A stretch of 64,000 bases of DNA, taken from positions 12,648,001 to 12,712,000 of the forward strand of contig NC_042998.1 of NCBI RefSeq assembly GCF_006345805.1. Reading direction: 5' to 3'. Of the stretch, positions 50,040 through 63,801 are shown piece by piece. Positions within the stretch are counted from its first letter, which is position 1. Each line of letters begins with the position of its first letter. A program made the translations under genes and the position numbers. Below the pieces are notes generated by a model. The model was not told the DNA's origin. It was given only the letters and a program-made list of their open reading frames with translations, and did not search any database. This DNA comes from Octopus sinensis (lineage: Eukaryota).

Positions 50040-52450
50040 ACATTAGAAGCAGCCATTTTGATCCATGATTTCTTTACCATGGATGCCAAGGACATATTTC
50101 CCATTGGCTACAGGAAATCCATATTACTATTCAACAAATCAACGACATAACCAATATCGCCCGCTACAGGCCTCCCCAAACTCCTCTACAGTTCTTTGAA
50201 GAGTGCCTCAACAAAATCAAGTCCTACTCCAAAAGTACCACTCCTCGAACGTATTGATGATGGGTGATTATTACCTCCTTTATACGAGCTGGGTTACAAA
50301 TACACTGAAGCTAGGTAACTGCACTATATCAGACAAGCTGCAGCGGAATTACTATTTAATTTAAAGTATGAAGTTTTACTAACCCAACTTCTACTTGAAA
50401 CAAGGCAAAACAAAGGTATACTGGATCAAATATTAACAAACCACTCTAGCTCCATCCATGACATTTTAGTTGGAAAAACAATTCTCTTTAACCACGACAT
50501 ACTACTCCACAACCTTCGTTTCCTGCATGCTAAATCCAAAGCAGTCAGTCTCGTTTCATTGCATCAATTTTTGCTAAGCAGACTGGAGAGTTATAAAAAA
50601 AAAGATCTGTCACTTATCGACTGTTCCTACACTCACAGTTATTCTGACACTGAAGCAATATGGCAGCACTTTCAGAACATTGTCATTTGCACATGCACAA
50701 AACATGATCCGACGAAATTCACAAGTACCAACAGAAATAATTTTCTAAGAGAGAGAAAAAAAATCTCTCATTAGGAGAATAAAAAGAATGAATAAAAAAA
50801 ACAAAAATACTCCCAGTAACGGCGTTGAGCTTGGAGGACCATTAGCACTCTGGTAAAAGTGCTTAACGGTATTTCGTCAGCCTCTACGTTCTGAGTTGAA
50901 ATTCCGCTGAGGTCGACTTTACCATTCATCCTTTCGGGTCGATTATATAAGTACCAGTTACGCACTGGGGTCGATATAATCCGTTTGTCTGTCCTTGTTT
51001 GTGCTCTCTGTGTTTAGCACCTTGTGGGTAGTAAAGAAATAGGTATTTCGTCCGTCTTTACGTTCAAGCTCATATTTCGCCTGGGTCAAATTTGCTTTAA
51101 CAGGCGGACTTAAGCATGGCTTCAGAATATGGTTGAAACCTGTAAAAGCTAAACAGCATCGATATTCAATAGCAATAACAAGGTTTGAATTGGAAAAACG
51201 TCAACTGCAGAAAAACATAAAAGCCGACATCAACAATTAAAGAACTGTAGAGGAAAACTGCGTAGTGAAAAATATCAAACTAAACATGAAAGTGTTCTAT
51301 TCATATGCCAACAAGCATAGGGCCACTGTCTCAACTGTTGTTCCACTGATAGATTATAACAGCATTCTCCACCACAACAGTAAAGAAATAACATAAGTAC
51401 TGCAGAAACAACACCGCTCTGTCTTAATTGAGCCCACTGATATTCACGCAAGGATCTGAACTAACTTAATCACCAACATATTATCTGTTTTGGGGAACTG
51501 TTTTGGGACCGCATATCTTTATAATATGTATAAACAAGATCTCAAGTGTCATCAGACACTTCAAAATAAAAATATTTACAGATGACTCAAAGCTTCAGAA
51601 AACTATCAATGGAGAAGTCCGAACTTGACTCTAATCTGATCTACATGTGATAAAATGAATAGACAAAAACAACGTGGTTAAGTGATTGAAAATTTGATCT
51701 CATGCACTTCGGAAAAAAGAATGCGCTCAAAAAACATTCCAACCCTTCAGGGGAAATACTTACAGTATTCAACGATATCAGTAACGTAAGAGAGATTGCT
51801 CAAAACTATTTCGGATGGAGTGCTAATGTCAACTATAAAGTCGATATTTCTTGCTGGACGAGGTCCCAGATCACCAGAACTTATCGGTCCAGAGAGCAAG
51901 ATCTCATCATTCCCTTCTCCCCTTCCTTCGTATTGAGTAACCTCAGATAGCATTCACTAAAATGATAAAGGCTTCATTGATCTTGATTATTGGGGTCATC
52001 TTAAAACATTGAATCTGTATTCACCTTTGTGTCATCTTGAGTGCTACATCATTTGCAAAATGTAGACAATATGCCATCAGCATTGGCTAATGGCCTAAAC
52101 ATTAGATTCAGAATTTATCCAAGGCTGAAGTCACGTGTCACATGCCCCCAGAAAATTCAGGCTCATAGCGCTTACATTTATTGTAACACTTTCTTTTGCC
52201 CAAGAGGCCTTGTTGTATTTAATATTTACCCAAAACAAATCAGAGAAACGTAGACAAATTTTTTAAAGGGACAGCAGATAAGTTACCTGTAGCTGGTTAC
52301 ATCTCAGTTAAAAACTCACTACATGAATGAGTCATACCACTAAAATGGTCTTTAAAATGACTTAACAGATCCTACCAGGTGGTACTATTATCTTAAACAT
52401 GGGCTGGACCAACCTTTGGCCAAAATATTTCTAAGTTATCTAAGTTATCT
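50040..52450 (+). mobile_element. CR1-clade LINE fossil (APE + RT), interrupted by SINE-B
   Basis: YRPPQTPLQFFEECL, LMMGDY, ILDQILTN, KNIKLNMKVFYSYA, GTVLGPHIFIICIN..IFTDDSKL and KFDLMHFGK; short (CTAAGTTAT) tail repeat. Confidence 0.85.
50820..51098 (+). mobile_element. SINE group B with partial second unit
   Basis: Tail 1 followed by AAAGAAATAG|GTATTTCGTCC. Confidence 0.85.
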
Positions 52451-53197
52451 TACTTAGCTGTAACTCTATTAATTCACGTACATATGGCTATCGTTTTGTC
52501 TGACTGGAAATATTCCCCCCTCGCCACCCAGTAATCAGCTCAAAGTTGGACATACTCAGCTTAACTTTTTCCCTACTCCTTAAGATCCCTGAAATCATTG
52601 CTATTATCATCCACATCTGAATCTCTGTTTACATAAAACTTACACTGAAGTAGTTGTTACAAAGCCATCTGCAAAACGTCTCCGAACAGACGGTTAACGT
52701 TCTAGGATAATTTCCTCTACTTACACTAGATTATTTTCCAATATAAATGACACTTTTCAATAATAAGTAACAATTTGCGCATTTTAAATGATTCTTCTCC
52801 AGGCTAACAGAAGTGAGTATATAGTATATAATGATAACGACTTAATATACATTGTATGTACAAAGACACACAGATACGCACATATATATATATATATAAA
52901 AAAAAAAATATATATATATATGGATCTATATATACAATGCGTATACATACATATGTAAATATACGTATAGACATCTATATACATGTATATGTATAGGTAT
53001 TATACGCCTGTTCGTGTGAGTGTGTGTGTGTATGTGTGTGTATGCCTGTGTGTATAGGTGTTAGTGTGCGCACGCGCTCTGTCTTCTTTCGTGAGCCTGT
53101 TGTTTCCTGTTTTGTATGTAACTCAATTACTGGGGAAGTAATATTAATCTCGCACTTACAATGGGCTAATTTATGATAATCTATGCTCTATCTTGTA

Positions 53198-53622
53198 ATA
53201 CATACATACACACACATACATTCATACATACATACATATATACATTCATACATACATGCATACATATATTCATACATACATACATACATTCATACATACG
53301 TACATATATTCATACATACATACATACATTCATACATACATTCATACATACATACATTCATACATACATTCATACATGCATACACACATACATTCATACA
53401 TACATACATTCATACATACATACATTCATTCATACATACATACATACATTCTTACATACATACATACGTTCATACATACATACATACGTTCATACATACA
53501 TTCATACATACATACATATATTCATACAAACATTCATACATACGTACATTCATTAATTCATACATACATTCATACATACATGTGTGTGTGTGTTTGTGTG
53601 TGTGTGTTTGTGTGTGTGTGTG
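53198..53622. repeat. (CATA/CATT)n compound microsatellite plus (TG)n
   Basis: Directly visible. Confidence 0.95.
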
Positions 53623-54078
53623 TCTATTCACTTACTGCAAGATGTCGATCTACTGTTTAGAAGTTATAGCAGCTATTTAAGCATCACTATCAAGACAATT
53701 GACACAATATATTTAAATGATTCGTATTGTTTATATTATTTTTACCACATAGATTGATGAGATGTTTGTTTTCATTGTGGGTATATAAAAATATTGTAGA
53801 ATTATATTGGTTTTTCACGTGATTATCACTACTTTTCTGCACATAGATCTATTGGAGGGAACCGATTACTGTCACCGGCATATAATTGGTCAATGTCTGT
53901 ATTTGGTTTGTCAAGTTATTTGATAAATATATATACTCCGGCTATATTTCAGTTCTTAATTGAATTTTCACAGATGTAAATCTATATCTAACACACTTAT
54001 CCATAAGAACTGGGAGGAGCATTCAATCTATCTATATATATATATATATATATATATACATACTTACATAAACAAACT

Positions 54079-54143
<65 letters not shown>

Positions 54144-54192
54144 TGTGTGTGTGTGTGTACTTACGCATCCATCATATAACTATGTTAAAAAT

Positions 54193-54562
54193 GTTGTGGC
54201 TAATTGATAAGAAATTAGATTCTGAGCCACATAGTTTCCGGTTCAGTTCTACTGCGTAGCACCTTGAGCAGGTGCCATCTACTGTTAGTCGTTAGAGTGT
54301 AGATTTGGTAGGCGGCAATTGACGAAGCCTGCCCTGTAAGTGTGTGTACGCAAATATATATATATATATATATAGGGAGAGTTTACGAAAAAAACAAAAA
54401 ACGAAGACATGTGGTGTACAAAGCAAACAGATGTATTAGTATAACGCTCAGGAATAGAAAAAGTATTTTACGTTTCGAGCCTACGCTCTTCTAAAGAAAG
54501 GTACACAGAAAAAAACAAGGAGAGAAAAAATGAGTGCAGTGGCCAACGATCTATCATGGCGA

Positions 54563-54610
<48 letters not shown>

Positions 54611-54795
54611 TGTGTGTGTGTGTGTGTGTTGTTGTGTTTGTGATTGTCCCCCACCACCTTAGCGGTACGGCATAGAGAGTGCGGTAGAATAAATAATAGG
54701 TTTAAATAAATATGCTGGGCTCATTTTCTGTAACTAAACTCTTGAAGGCAATGTTGTAACATAGCCGCGGTCTAATGACTGAAACATGTAAAGAT
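54193..54795 (+). mobile_element. Old SINE group A copy split by an H2 element
   Basis: Degenerate head and core at 54193-54345; tail GCCGCGGTCTAATGACTGAAAC near 54765-54785. Confidence 0.7.
54375..54565 (-). mobile_element. Short PLE-like hammerhead element, family H2
   Basis: Homologous to 15920-16105; flanked by (TA)n on both sides. Confidence 0.72.
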
Positions 54796-55189
54796 GATAA
54801 TATATACATACAAACATATATATATGTGTGTGTGTGTATGTGTGTGGTGTGTGTGTGTGTGTGTATGTATGCGTGCGTGCGTGTGTATGTGTCTGTCGCT
54901 GTTCCATTTCTAGCGTGATGGAAAACCACTTAGTGGCTTTCCCTCGGTGTATAACTCTTATACACGCATATAATGTAATAATGTTTATTTATGTACATAT
55001 TATAAATGTATGCTCGTATATAAACGTGTGTGCATATATGTGTATATATTATAAGTAAATTACTTCCCTATATGTTGCACTCATGGTTATTCGTAGCTAT
55101 AAATCCTCTGCAACTGATTAATCAAAGCTTACTTATCTGTATTCATATAAATAATGTATGTAATTAGTATATTGTATCACCCTGTCAGA

Positions 55190-55385
55190 CTACAGTGATC
55201 TGACAGGAACTTTAGCGGCATTCCTTTTGTCGTTAGTTTCTGAGTTCAGAGTCCGCCGAGGTCGACTTTGCCTCCCAGATTTTTAGGGTTGGGAAAATGA
55301 GTAGCGATTGAGCTCTGTTGATCAATATAAGCGACTTATCCTCTCCCACTAAATTGCTGACCTTGTGCAAAAATTGAAATCAATG
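55190..55385 (+). mobile_element. SINE group B, degenerate
   Basis: CTGAGTTCAGAGTCCGCCGAGGTCGACTTTGCC and tail CCTTGTGCAAAAATTGAAA. Confidence 0.65.
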
Positions 55386-57099
55386 TATTTCCATATTCAT
55401 GTTTTAGTGCATCTCAATTGTTCTGTTAGTATTTGTCGTATACAAAGGAAAATTTTAAATAATTTTATTCATGTTTGTGGTCAATTTTCTGGCATTGGCC
55501 GATCAATCTTCTACTGGATTTTGTACGCATATTATGAAAATATTCATATGCATGTTGCTTTCAAACATTTAGACAGCAGACTTGGAAATAATAGATTCCA
55601 CTCCTACTAGTATGGTTAATTGGCGTATTTAATCAATAAATTTCTATGGAAATAACAACTATAGACGCCCACATACATAGCACATGTTTTTATCAATTTA
55701 ATAAAGAAAGCGGAAGACTGATTTAGAACGACACATATCCATGTATAAGCATCCTATATTTTGGAATATATGTCAACTTGTGCGTAATAATTTCCCAGCC
55801 AGTCTGTCTCTCCTATAATAGGGACTCTGTTATATCTGAATGCGTGCCATCGAATGCAGAGCCTTAACTGTGCGTTCAGTATTTTTCAACCCCATTTCCA
55901 ACACATCCTTGTTCCAGATGTACATTCTCGTAGCGACTGATTTTCCACCAACTGGACAATATAATGTTGGCGATGCTAGTTTTTCAAGCTATTAAAAAGA
56001 TATTTTTTAAAACTTAGCTCTATATTCACCTTTCCATTAACTATGATTAATGACTGTGTAACTCGTTAGAGAAGACACAACTTCAGAAAACAGCAGTGGC
56101 TGGTGAACAAATCCCTAACCGAAGTTACCCATGGGCGTATATTACAGATGCACATTTGGCTGAAATAAAAGCATAAGATCACGTAATTGAAGCGGAGAGG
56201 TTAGAATATGGGAGTAGTTAAAATTCGAAGGTGTATGATTAGGAATCTCTTGCCAATAGCGGTGTTCCATCTGTTCTAAATATATGTTTGTCTATATCTT
56301 GCAATTACACAGATATTTTCCGTGTTCCGTGTGCTTATCGATGTATCGATATATTTCTATGGATTTTATTATTTCAGAAAGTATGAAACATAGTTCTAAT
56401 CCCAACTATACTTTCTCGTGACTTGTCGCTACTGTATAAACATTAACAGTTTTCGAGTAATGTTAATTTTAGAGAAAGTGATAAATGGCACTTTTAGCAT
56501 ATTATATGCAAGTTTCTCAGAGCCTGTACTTAAGCTTCCGCATACAACATCTACCATCAATAAAAGAAACTTCGCAAAAATGAAGCAATATTGTGTAACG
56601 TTGCAATAAATCTTTCAATGATTTCTGAATTACGGTAAAGTAACTAGTTTAAAAACAAATGATTTTAAATATTTCAGGCAAATACGGAAACAATATTATT
56701 TGAAAATAATTTTTGACGAGCTATTCAATATAGTTTTATATTTACGATGCACCATCTTATATAGAGTAAAATACAATGTATTTCACATAGGCTACACTCG
56801 CAGAGGAAATCTACGACAACAAATGGAGTAGGAGTGAGTGTTAATCATAAATAGTAAATGCAGATGAGCTGTCGAGAGAGGGTTTTCTGTGAGGTCTCTA
56901 GAATTTTAGTCACAATATTTGCAATTTCTTTTAACGTAAGATATATACTTTAATTTTACACAGGCACCTAGGCATTTATGCCTATGTTTCAAACAGAAAA
57001 TAGAAATTACACGTGGGTAAGATATGGGGAAAGTAGAAAAGAAAAAGCGAACATGCTCATTGACTATCAAGAAAAATAAAGGCTATTTAATGAAAAGTA

Positions 57100-57665
57100 G
57101 CGATAAATAAATACAATTAGGTGAACTGAGGAAGAATTAAGAGGAATTAAATTCCTTATTTTGAATTGTTAAAGAGATTCAAAGTCAAACCGGTATCATC
57201 ATTACTGTTCACTGGCTTTGATTATCACACGGTGCTGGGTCTCATAGTTCCTGAGTAAAAAGATTGTGTAAGGGAGGTAAATAGTTCTGAACGTGGTACA
57301 ATTAAGGTCGATATAATACTGTAATATGAATGGTATAAGGAATGTATGGGTGTTAGTGGCATTATTTGTAAGGTTAGTAATGTACTGTATTATGTTGTGT
57401 TCATGTTAAGTTGTGGATGATATTTAATGATGAAAGTTGCTTCTTTATTCAATCATTGCCGTACTGATGTGTTCTGTGAACATTGATAGAAGGGGAAAAT
57501 TAGGAAATTAGGATTGATGTTCCTAGCACACCTATCTATGTGTTCACTGACCTGTATCTGTCTGTATTGTAGTTGGCGGAATGGTTCTTTGTGAAGAGAG
57601 GTTCTCCGACGGAGCGATATTCCTGTTTGGCCAATATATTGATAACCGCACCGTATATATATATT
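57100..57665 (-). mobile_element. Penelope-like element 3' end: GIY-YIG endonuclease remnant and pseudo-LTR region
   Basis: RCGYQYIGQTGISLRRRTSLHKE..QIQVSEHIDRCA..FLIFPFYQ..*LNKEATFIIKYHPQLN (stop at 57390-92); hammerhead remnant at 57180-57220. Confidence 0.85.
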
Positions 57666-57759
57666 TCCAAATCTGAATTAGAAGCACCGCGAGTTTTGTA
57701 GACTTTATCGAACAAACATACAAAATGTATGTGCACTGGTTGTTTTCCGGTCGGCTGCA

Positions 57760-58600
57760 GTTTGACATGGAGGTGATGACTCTCGAAGCGGCAAGTGTTA
57801 AACACCTGAAAGTCATAGTCATAAACATCTCACCCGAAGTCGAATTCAGGAGTGATGAACCTCAGTTTTTTACCATTGTTGTGGCCTATCAACATCACGT
57901 ACGTGAACCGAACCGGAGGCAAATTGAACATCCTGTCCATGACTATATGCAACATGGTGTGAAGAACAACTATTCAATTTGAAATGAGTACGGCGGCAAA
58001 CTGATATAACGTTATAGTAGGAAGAAATGCAATGCCTAAACAAGAAATCCCATTTGCTTCATATCAATTCTAACTGAAATTATAGAATAAGCATAAAATC
58101 ATCGATCGATAGGTCAGTGTTGAGCAAACAGCTTGCTCTCTGTAGATTGTCACAACTGATCATTTCTGTTTGTTTCATTCTTCGCATACAAGAAGTTGCC
58201 ATAATAGTCCTTCATACTTAAAACTTTATTTCTATTACTGTATATGAAGTAAATAAGCACAAAATCAAGGTTGCTTCGTCTTGTTCTATGGTACAGAAAT
58301 CATCTTTCTATTTGTGGGTAATGAAAGAGCATGACTTACATTTTTTCTCAAGATTAAATCCATCATCGTATTTGTATTGAATCCTAACATGTTTTTTCCT
58401 ATAGAATTTGTTTTTTCTATCAAAGCCTTCAAATTAGCAAGGATTTCAAAGTCTACCTTTTGATTCGATAAAATGAATGCCAGTACTGATATTGAGTCGT
58501 TCTTGAATGCAACGTAGGTATATTTTTCAAGACTATATAAATAACTCATTATAAAGTCTATTAACTGAAGATCAAAAAACATATCTTAAACACCCCTTTA
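57760..58600 (-). mobile_element. Probable Ty1/Copia pol fossil (integrase core)
   Basis: YTYVAFKNDSISVLAFILSNQKVDFEILANLKALIEKTNSIGKNML resembles YFVTFIDDFSRxVWVYFLKxKSEVFxxFKALVEKQTGKxIKxL; weak RT-like sequence further downstream. Confidence 0.5.
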
Positions 58601-58869
58601 TTCAGAGCAAGATATTTCTATTTCTCATATAGATATTTCTGAGAGACACCTACCGTCTGTAAATATTATATAATACACCGATTCTTTAAACGCAGTTTGA
58701 TATAGACAGTTGAAAGCAAACCGCTTTTCAATTCATTAGTCAGATATCCGTGAAATTTTGCTTTCCAAAATCGAAATCGCTTTCCCGTATATTCCAATTT
58801 ACACTACTCGACATAAGCATATATACAAAGGAAAAGGAATGCAACATCTTCAGTATTGAAGCAATATGC

Positions 58870-59266
58870 AGAGCTGGAAGAAACGTTGGCACGCCGGGCG
58901 AAATGCGTAGCAGTATTTCCTCTGCCTTTACGTTCTGAGTTCACATTCCGCCAACGTCGACTTTGCCTTTCAGCCTTTCGGGGTCGATAAATTAAGTACC
59001 AGTTACGCACTGGGGTTGATGCAATCGACTTAATCCGTTTGTCTGTTCTTGTTTGTCCCCGCTGTGTTTAGCCCCTTGTGGGTAGTAAATAAATCGGTAT
59101 TTCGTGTGTCTTTACGTTCTGGGTTCAAATTCTGCCGCGGTCGACTTTGACTTTCATCCTTTTGGGGTCGATAAGCTAAGTACCAGCTGCGAACTGGTGT
59201 AAATCTAATCGACTGCCCCACCCAAAAAAAAAAAATTGGGCCTTGTGCTTAGAGTAGAAAAGAATA
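58870..59266 (+). mobile_element. SINE group B dimer (tail 1 then tail 2)
   Basis: Junction GGGTAGTAAATAAATC|GGTATTTCG near 59095. Confidence 0.87.
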
Positions 59267-59581
59267 TGAAAAACTCTATCAAATCCTCCAAATAACAATT
59301 TCCCATAGATATATTGAGCATTGCCACAACCGCTGTTTTCATAAGTTGCTTTCAAACGTAACAAATAGCTAATCCAATTTCGAAGGATAGCGGTAACATT
59401 GAAAATTCTTCAATAAGAAGATAACTCACAGTTAATACTCTTCTGTCGATAAATTCTCTATCTTGAGAAACCATATGCTTTATTTGTCTTATGACAATTA
59501 TTTAAAATAGGTTTGCTTACATTATGCAGTACATGATGCATTAACTGCTAATATATATATATTTTAATTATTGGGATATTA

Positions 59582-59800
59582 AAGGCAGTGACTTGGCAGT
59601 ATCGTTAGCACACCGAACGAAATGCATAGCGTTCCTTCCGTCATCACCTTGGTTCAATTCCCGCAGAGGTTGATTATGCCTTTCGTCCTACCGCATCCAT
59701 AAAATAAGTACCTGTTGACTACTGGGGTCGATGCGATCGACTAGAGCCTTCTCCCAATATTTCAGGCTTTATGCCTAATGTAGAAAGGGTTATTATTATT
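59582..59800 (+). mobile_element. SINE group B, diverged, (TTA) tail
   Basis: Head, core and tail 2 recognisable. Confidence 0.75.
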
Positions 59801-59804
59801 AAGG

Positions 59805-61405
59805 GTATAGTATGTCTCTATTTTTACACTTTTTTCTAAACTATTCGCGGTGAAAGGGGAATATAGCATCAATTATAGAGCTCATGAAATTCACCTTGTT
59901 CATCAACACTAAGTCCGCTTGTGCTCAAGCTCCTGCCCTGTTCGGAATGCGAAACCCAACAGAACTTTCTAGGTCTACTACATGGTTTGTACTCATAATG
60001 TGTCTTGTCTCTCTCTAGCCCAAACTTTTCACACAATTTCCAATGCAGTAATTCATTCCAATGAACACTTCCACTATCTCACCTTATCGCCACAACTGTT
60101 TTGGTTTTGAACAAGACGAGAGCATTCGTTCGCAATATGGACAATGGTTTCATTAAATATTAGATTAAACACAATAGAGACGGTTGCATATTTCTAAAGT
60201 TGACCCTTCAAGTTGTGGCCAAAGATTAGCCTTCGGCCTCAAGTATATTTCTCTCAGTTTCCTTTTCAATGTTCCTTTCTTTAACCAGTCTCACCCATAA
60301 TCTCCATCAACTTTGGTTGTGGCTACATGGAATTGATTGTGTAGTTTGTTACTGAGCGCTTCTTCGTATATTTCTTCTAGTTCGTGTTTCGTTCTTTTCT
60401 TTTTTCATGCTTTCAATATGCACACAACTCTAACTGCCATTAAGGTGTCCTGAAATTGGGTTAGATATTTCAGTAAGTTCAATATGCACATACTCTTACA
60501 CATTATTCAGTTCGCTTCCTCCATGTTCTCTTCAAGTATAGGTGATCAATTTCTGCACATGGATGATGAGCCCCATGCATGGTTTAGAAGCTTCCTTGTC
60601 TCCCTATCCAACTTCTTAAGCTCATCATCTGTCTACTGCAGAATTCCAGCTCTATACCGAACCACTCCAACTACGCATCGAAAATATTTCTGACATTCAT
60701 CTTTGAATCCAGAATCTTTCGCAATCGCCTGAGATACTGTTCCTTTCGCTCAATTCCATCTCCTTCAGGTAATCCCACGCTATTTATATCCGAATTCAGA
60801 TTCAATTTCCTTCATCATTTCACCACTTTGTATACATATCCAGTCTGTTCTGATAAACTTCCTTCGTTCAATCACCATCAGAGCACAGCTTTAAATTTCA
60901 AATTCCTATCTTGATATCATTCGAGAAAATCTGCACAGAATGGGCTAGACTGTTCCATTCTGCTTTACTGTATGTGAAAAACTTCAAATCATCCATAAAC
61001 ATCAGGTAATTAAGCTTCCCTTTACCACTTCTCAGATCATACTTTAAATTTTGTCTTCCGCTGTATTTCATTCAAGTGTACCATTCACAGAACAAAGGTC
61101 AATGCGTATACACTATTCCTCTGGATATTAACTTTCATAATTTTCGCTTCCCCTAACACCTGATTCCGTACTTTCAATTCCGTCCTTCAATACTTCATAC
61201 TGTTCCGTGTAAGGCCCCTCGTGTTTTCTGCTACAATATACAGTTTCATAGTCCTCATTACCGAAGGGCGTGGTATCAAATCATATGCCTTACGATAATC
61301 CATCCATGCCACGCTCAAAACTTTGCCTTCTCTTGCAATTACTGATGATTAGTTCTTTTTCTAGTTTCCTTGGTTTTAGAAAAGACTGGAAGTTCGAAAG
61401 TACAA
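59805..61405 (-). mobile_element. R4/Dong-clade LINE fossil (RT to REL endonuclease)
   Basis: LSVAWMDYRKAYDLIP, GKLNYLMFMDDLKFF, SVQIFSNDI, LHWKLCEKFGL and DLVLMNK..IID; the 5' end abuts (TAA)n. Confidence 0.88.
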
Positions 61406-61409
61406 AAGA

Positions 61410-61540
<131 letters not shown>

Positions 61541-62082
61541 GTGTGAGAGATTAGTGCATGCCATCAAAGTGATACTGGGGTAAAATATAGAAAGCCCAGT
61601 ATACCCATCAAGACTACCCGGCTGATAAGGGTACACTAGGAACATGCATCACACCGAAATGTGCGCAACATGGTGACCTCATATCAAGATAAACAGCGCC
61701 TGACCCTGCAAGTGGGGCCCAGTTAGAATTTTCTTCTGGTCGACTAACCCATTCCGCTCAAAAGGTCCCTGAATAAGGATTTTTTAAGGATGTTGAACGA
61801 ACCACCCATGTTTCCAAAGGTGAATTATCCAAACCTCCAAGAATTCCTATGATGTTCCCCCACTACTTCTGCTCGTGATCAGAGATGCACATATCGTCAG
61901 CCACAAAGAGACATGGTTAAATGGTTATGGTCAAACAACTGACAAGCAAATCTGTGGTATTGAGCAGAATATTTGCTGTAGTCCATCTTTTATACCAAGA
62001 CAAAACAATGTACATGATAACACTTCCAATCAGTTAAGATCAGCAGCCATGAGAGCCACTGCCTGGTACTGCATCAGGACAT
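61541..62082 (-). mobile_element. Non-coding interspersed element with (AAT)n tail
   Basis: About 540 bp of GC-richer sequence ending on the minus strand in GATGGCATGCACTAATCTCTCAC(AAT)n. Single copy here; repeat status is from recall. Confidence 0.55.
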
Positions 62083-62095
62083 GGAAATGTGTGAC

Positions 62096-62212
62096 GCTTA
62101 CAGCACCTAGGTTTCCCAAGCGGTCGCCCACATAAGTACTGACTAGTCTCGACGTTGCTTAACTTCGGTTACGGGACGAGAACCGGTGCTTTCAACTTGA
62201 TAAGGCCGAAGA
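62096..62212 (-). pseudogene. 5S rRNA-derived sequence (pseudogene or SINE3 head)
   Basis: TCTTCGGCCTTATCAAGTTGAAAGCACCGGTTCTCGTCCCGTAACCGAAGTTAAGCAACGTCGAG..AGTACTTATGTGGGCGACCGCTTGGGAAACCTAGGTGCTGTAAGC matches animal 5S over nearly its full length, with substitutions and no oligo-T terminator. Confidence 0.92.
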
Positions 62213-62245
62213 TTATTATTACTATTATCATTATTATTATTATTT

Positions 62246-62410
62246 AAGGTGGCGAGCTCGCAGAATTGTTAGCACGTTGGACAAGATCGACTTTGCTTTT
62301 CCCCCTTTCAGGTTCGATAAATTAAGTACCAGTGAAAAACTGTGGGGGCGATGTATTCGATTTATCCCCTTCCCCCAAAATGGCTGCCCTTGTGGCAAAA
62401 TTTGAAACCA
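62246..62410 (+). mobile_element. SINE group B, internally deleted, within a (TTA)/(TCA) tract
   Basis: Head GGTGGCGAGCTCGCAGAATTGTTAGCAC, core, and tail CCCTTGTGGCAAAATTTGAAACCA; a second degenerate copy at about 62510-62678. Confidence 0.75.
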
Positions 62411-62415
62411 TTATT

Positions 62416-62490
<75 letters not shown>

Positions 62491-63123
62491 GTTGTTGTTA
62501 TTGTTATTATTTCGTCCGTCATTATGTTCACCGAGTTTGGCTTTACCTTCTATCAACTAGAGTTGATATTATAGACTTATGTCTTGGCTTTGTAACTGTT
62601 GCATTCTGGGATTGATGTAATCGAATAAACGCCTCCCTCAAATTTTAGGTTTTGTGCCTACGGTAGAAATGATTATTAAGCAATTAAAATTGTTCTGTGA
62701 TTTTTTTTCAATGTAATATAGTAATAGAGAATTGGGTATAGATCTTAGAAGATTTAAACTTCATTTTCAAATTAAAAATACCTCGTAGATATAACTTCAA
62801 TCATAAAAGAAAAGGTTGCTTTGAAGACAGGTACAGCAATCAATAATATTCATAAAATGCCACAAACAGATAATTTCCTATTTCTTGTCAATGTTGATTA
62901 GGAATTAGAGATGTGGTAATAAAAAGACAAAACATATTTGGAATCAGCGCTTCAAATTTAGCCTGAATCAAATTCGGTTTTGAAAATGAAGTGCAAAATC
63001 ATTGGAGTCCAGCGAAATAAGTGCACATACATTTGTTCACGCGTGCATGTGCGCTTGCGTGTGCGCGTGAGTGTGTGTACGTATGTCATATATGTTCGTC
63101 TACAGATCTGTATTGAATCTCTT

Positions 63124-63213
63124 ACATTTTTGATACTGAAATAATACACGCAAATATATATGTGTGTACGTGTGAGTGTATGTGTTTCGGTATATACATA
63201 CATACATACATAC

Positions 63214-63261
<48 letters not shown>

Positions 63262-63345
63262 AATACATATGTATATGTGCACATTATATATATATATAAT
63301 ATATATATATAATATATATATATATTATATATATATATATATATA

Positions 63346-63376
<31 letters not shown>

Positions 63377-63738
63377 CTCATATATATATTATATATGTAT
63401 GTGTGTGTGTATAAATATATCAATCTATCTATCTGTATATCTATATGCATACACACATATGTATATATGTAGCGATATACATTTTTGATACTGAAATAAT
63501 ACACGCAAATATATATGTGTGTACGTGTGAGTGTATGTGTTTCGGTATATACATACATGCATACATACATACATACATACATATATATATATATAAATAC
63601 ATATGTATATGTGCACATTATATATATATATATATATATATACTCATATATATATTATATATGTATGTGTGTATAAATATATCAATCTATCTATCTGTAT
63701 ATCTATATGCATACACACATATGTATATATGTAGCGAT

Positions 63739-63742
<4 letters not shown>
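63124..63742. repeat. Local tandem duplication of a microsatellite-rich unit
   Basis: ACATTTTTGATACTGAAATAATACACGC at 63124 and 63479; GTAGCGATATAC ends both copies. Confidence 0.85.

Positions 63743-63801
<59 letters not shown>

Noticed and set aside
55900-56260. Faint RT-like peptide on the minus strand
   Set aside because: The similarity is too weak to assign.
62096-62212. Functional 5S rRNA gene
   Set aside because: Single copy, with substitutions in box C and helices and no oligo-T terminator.
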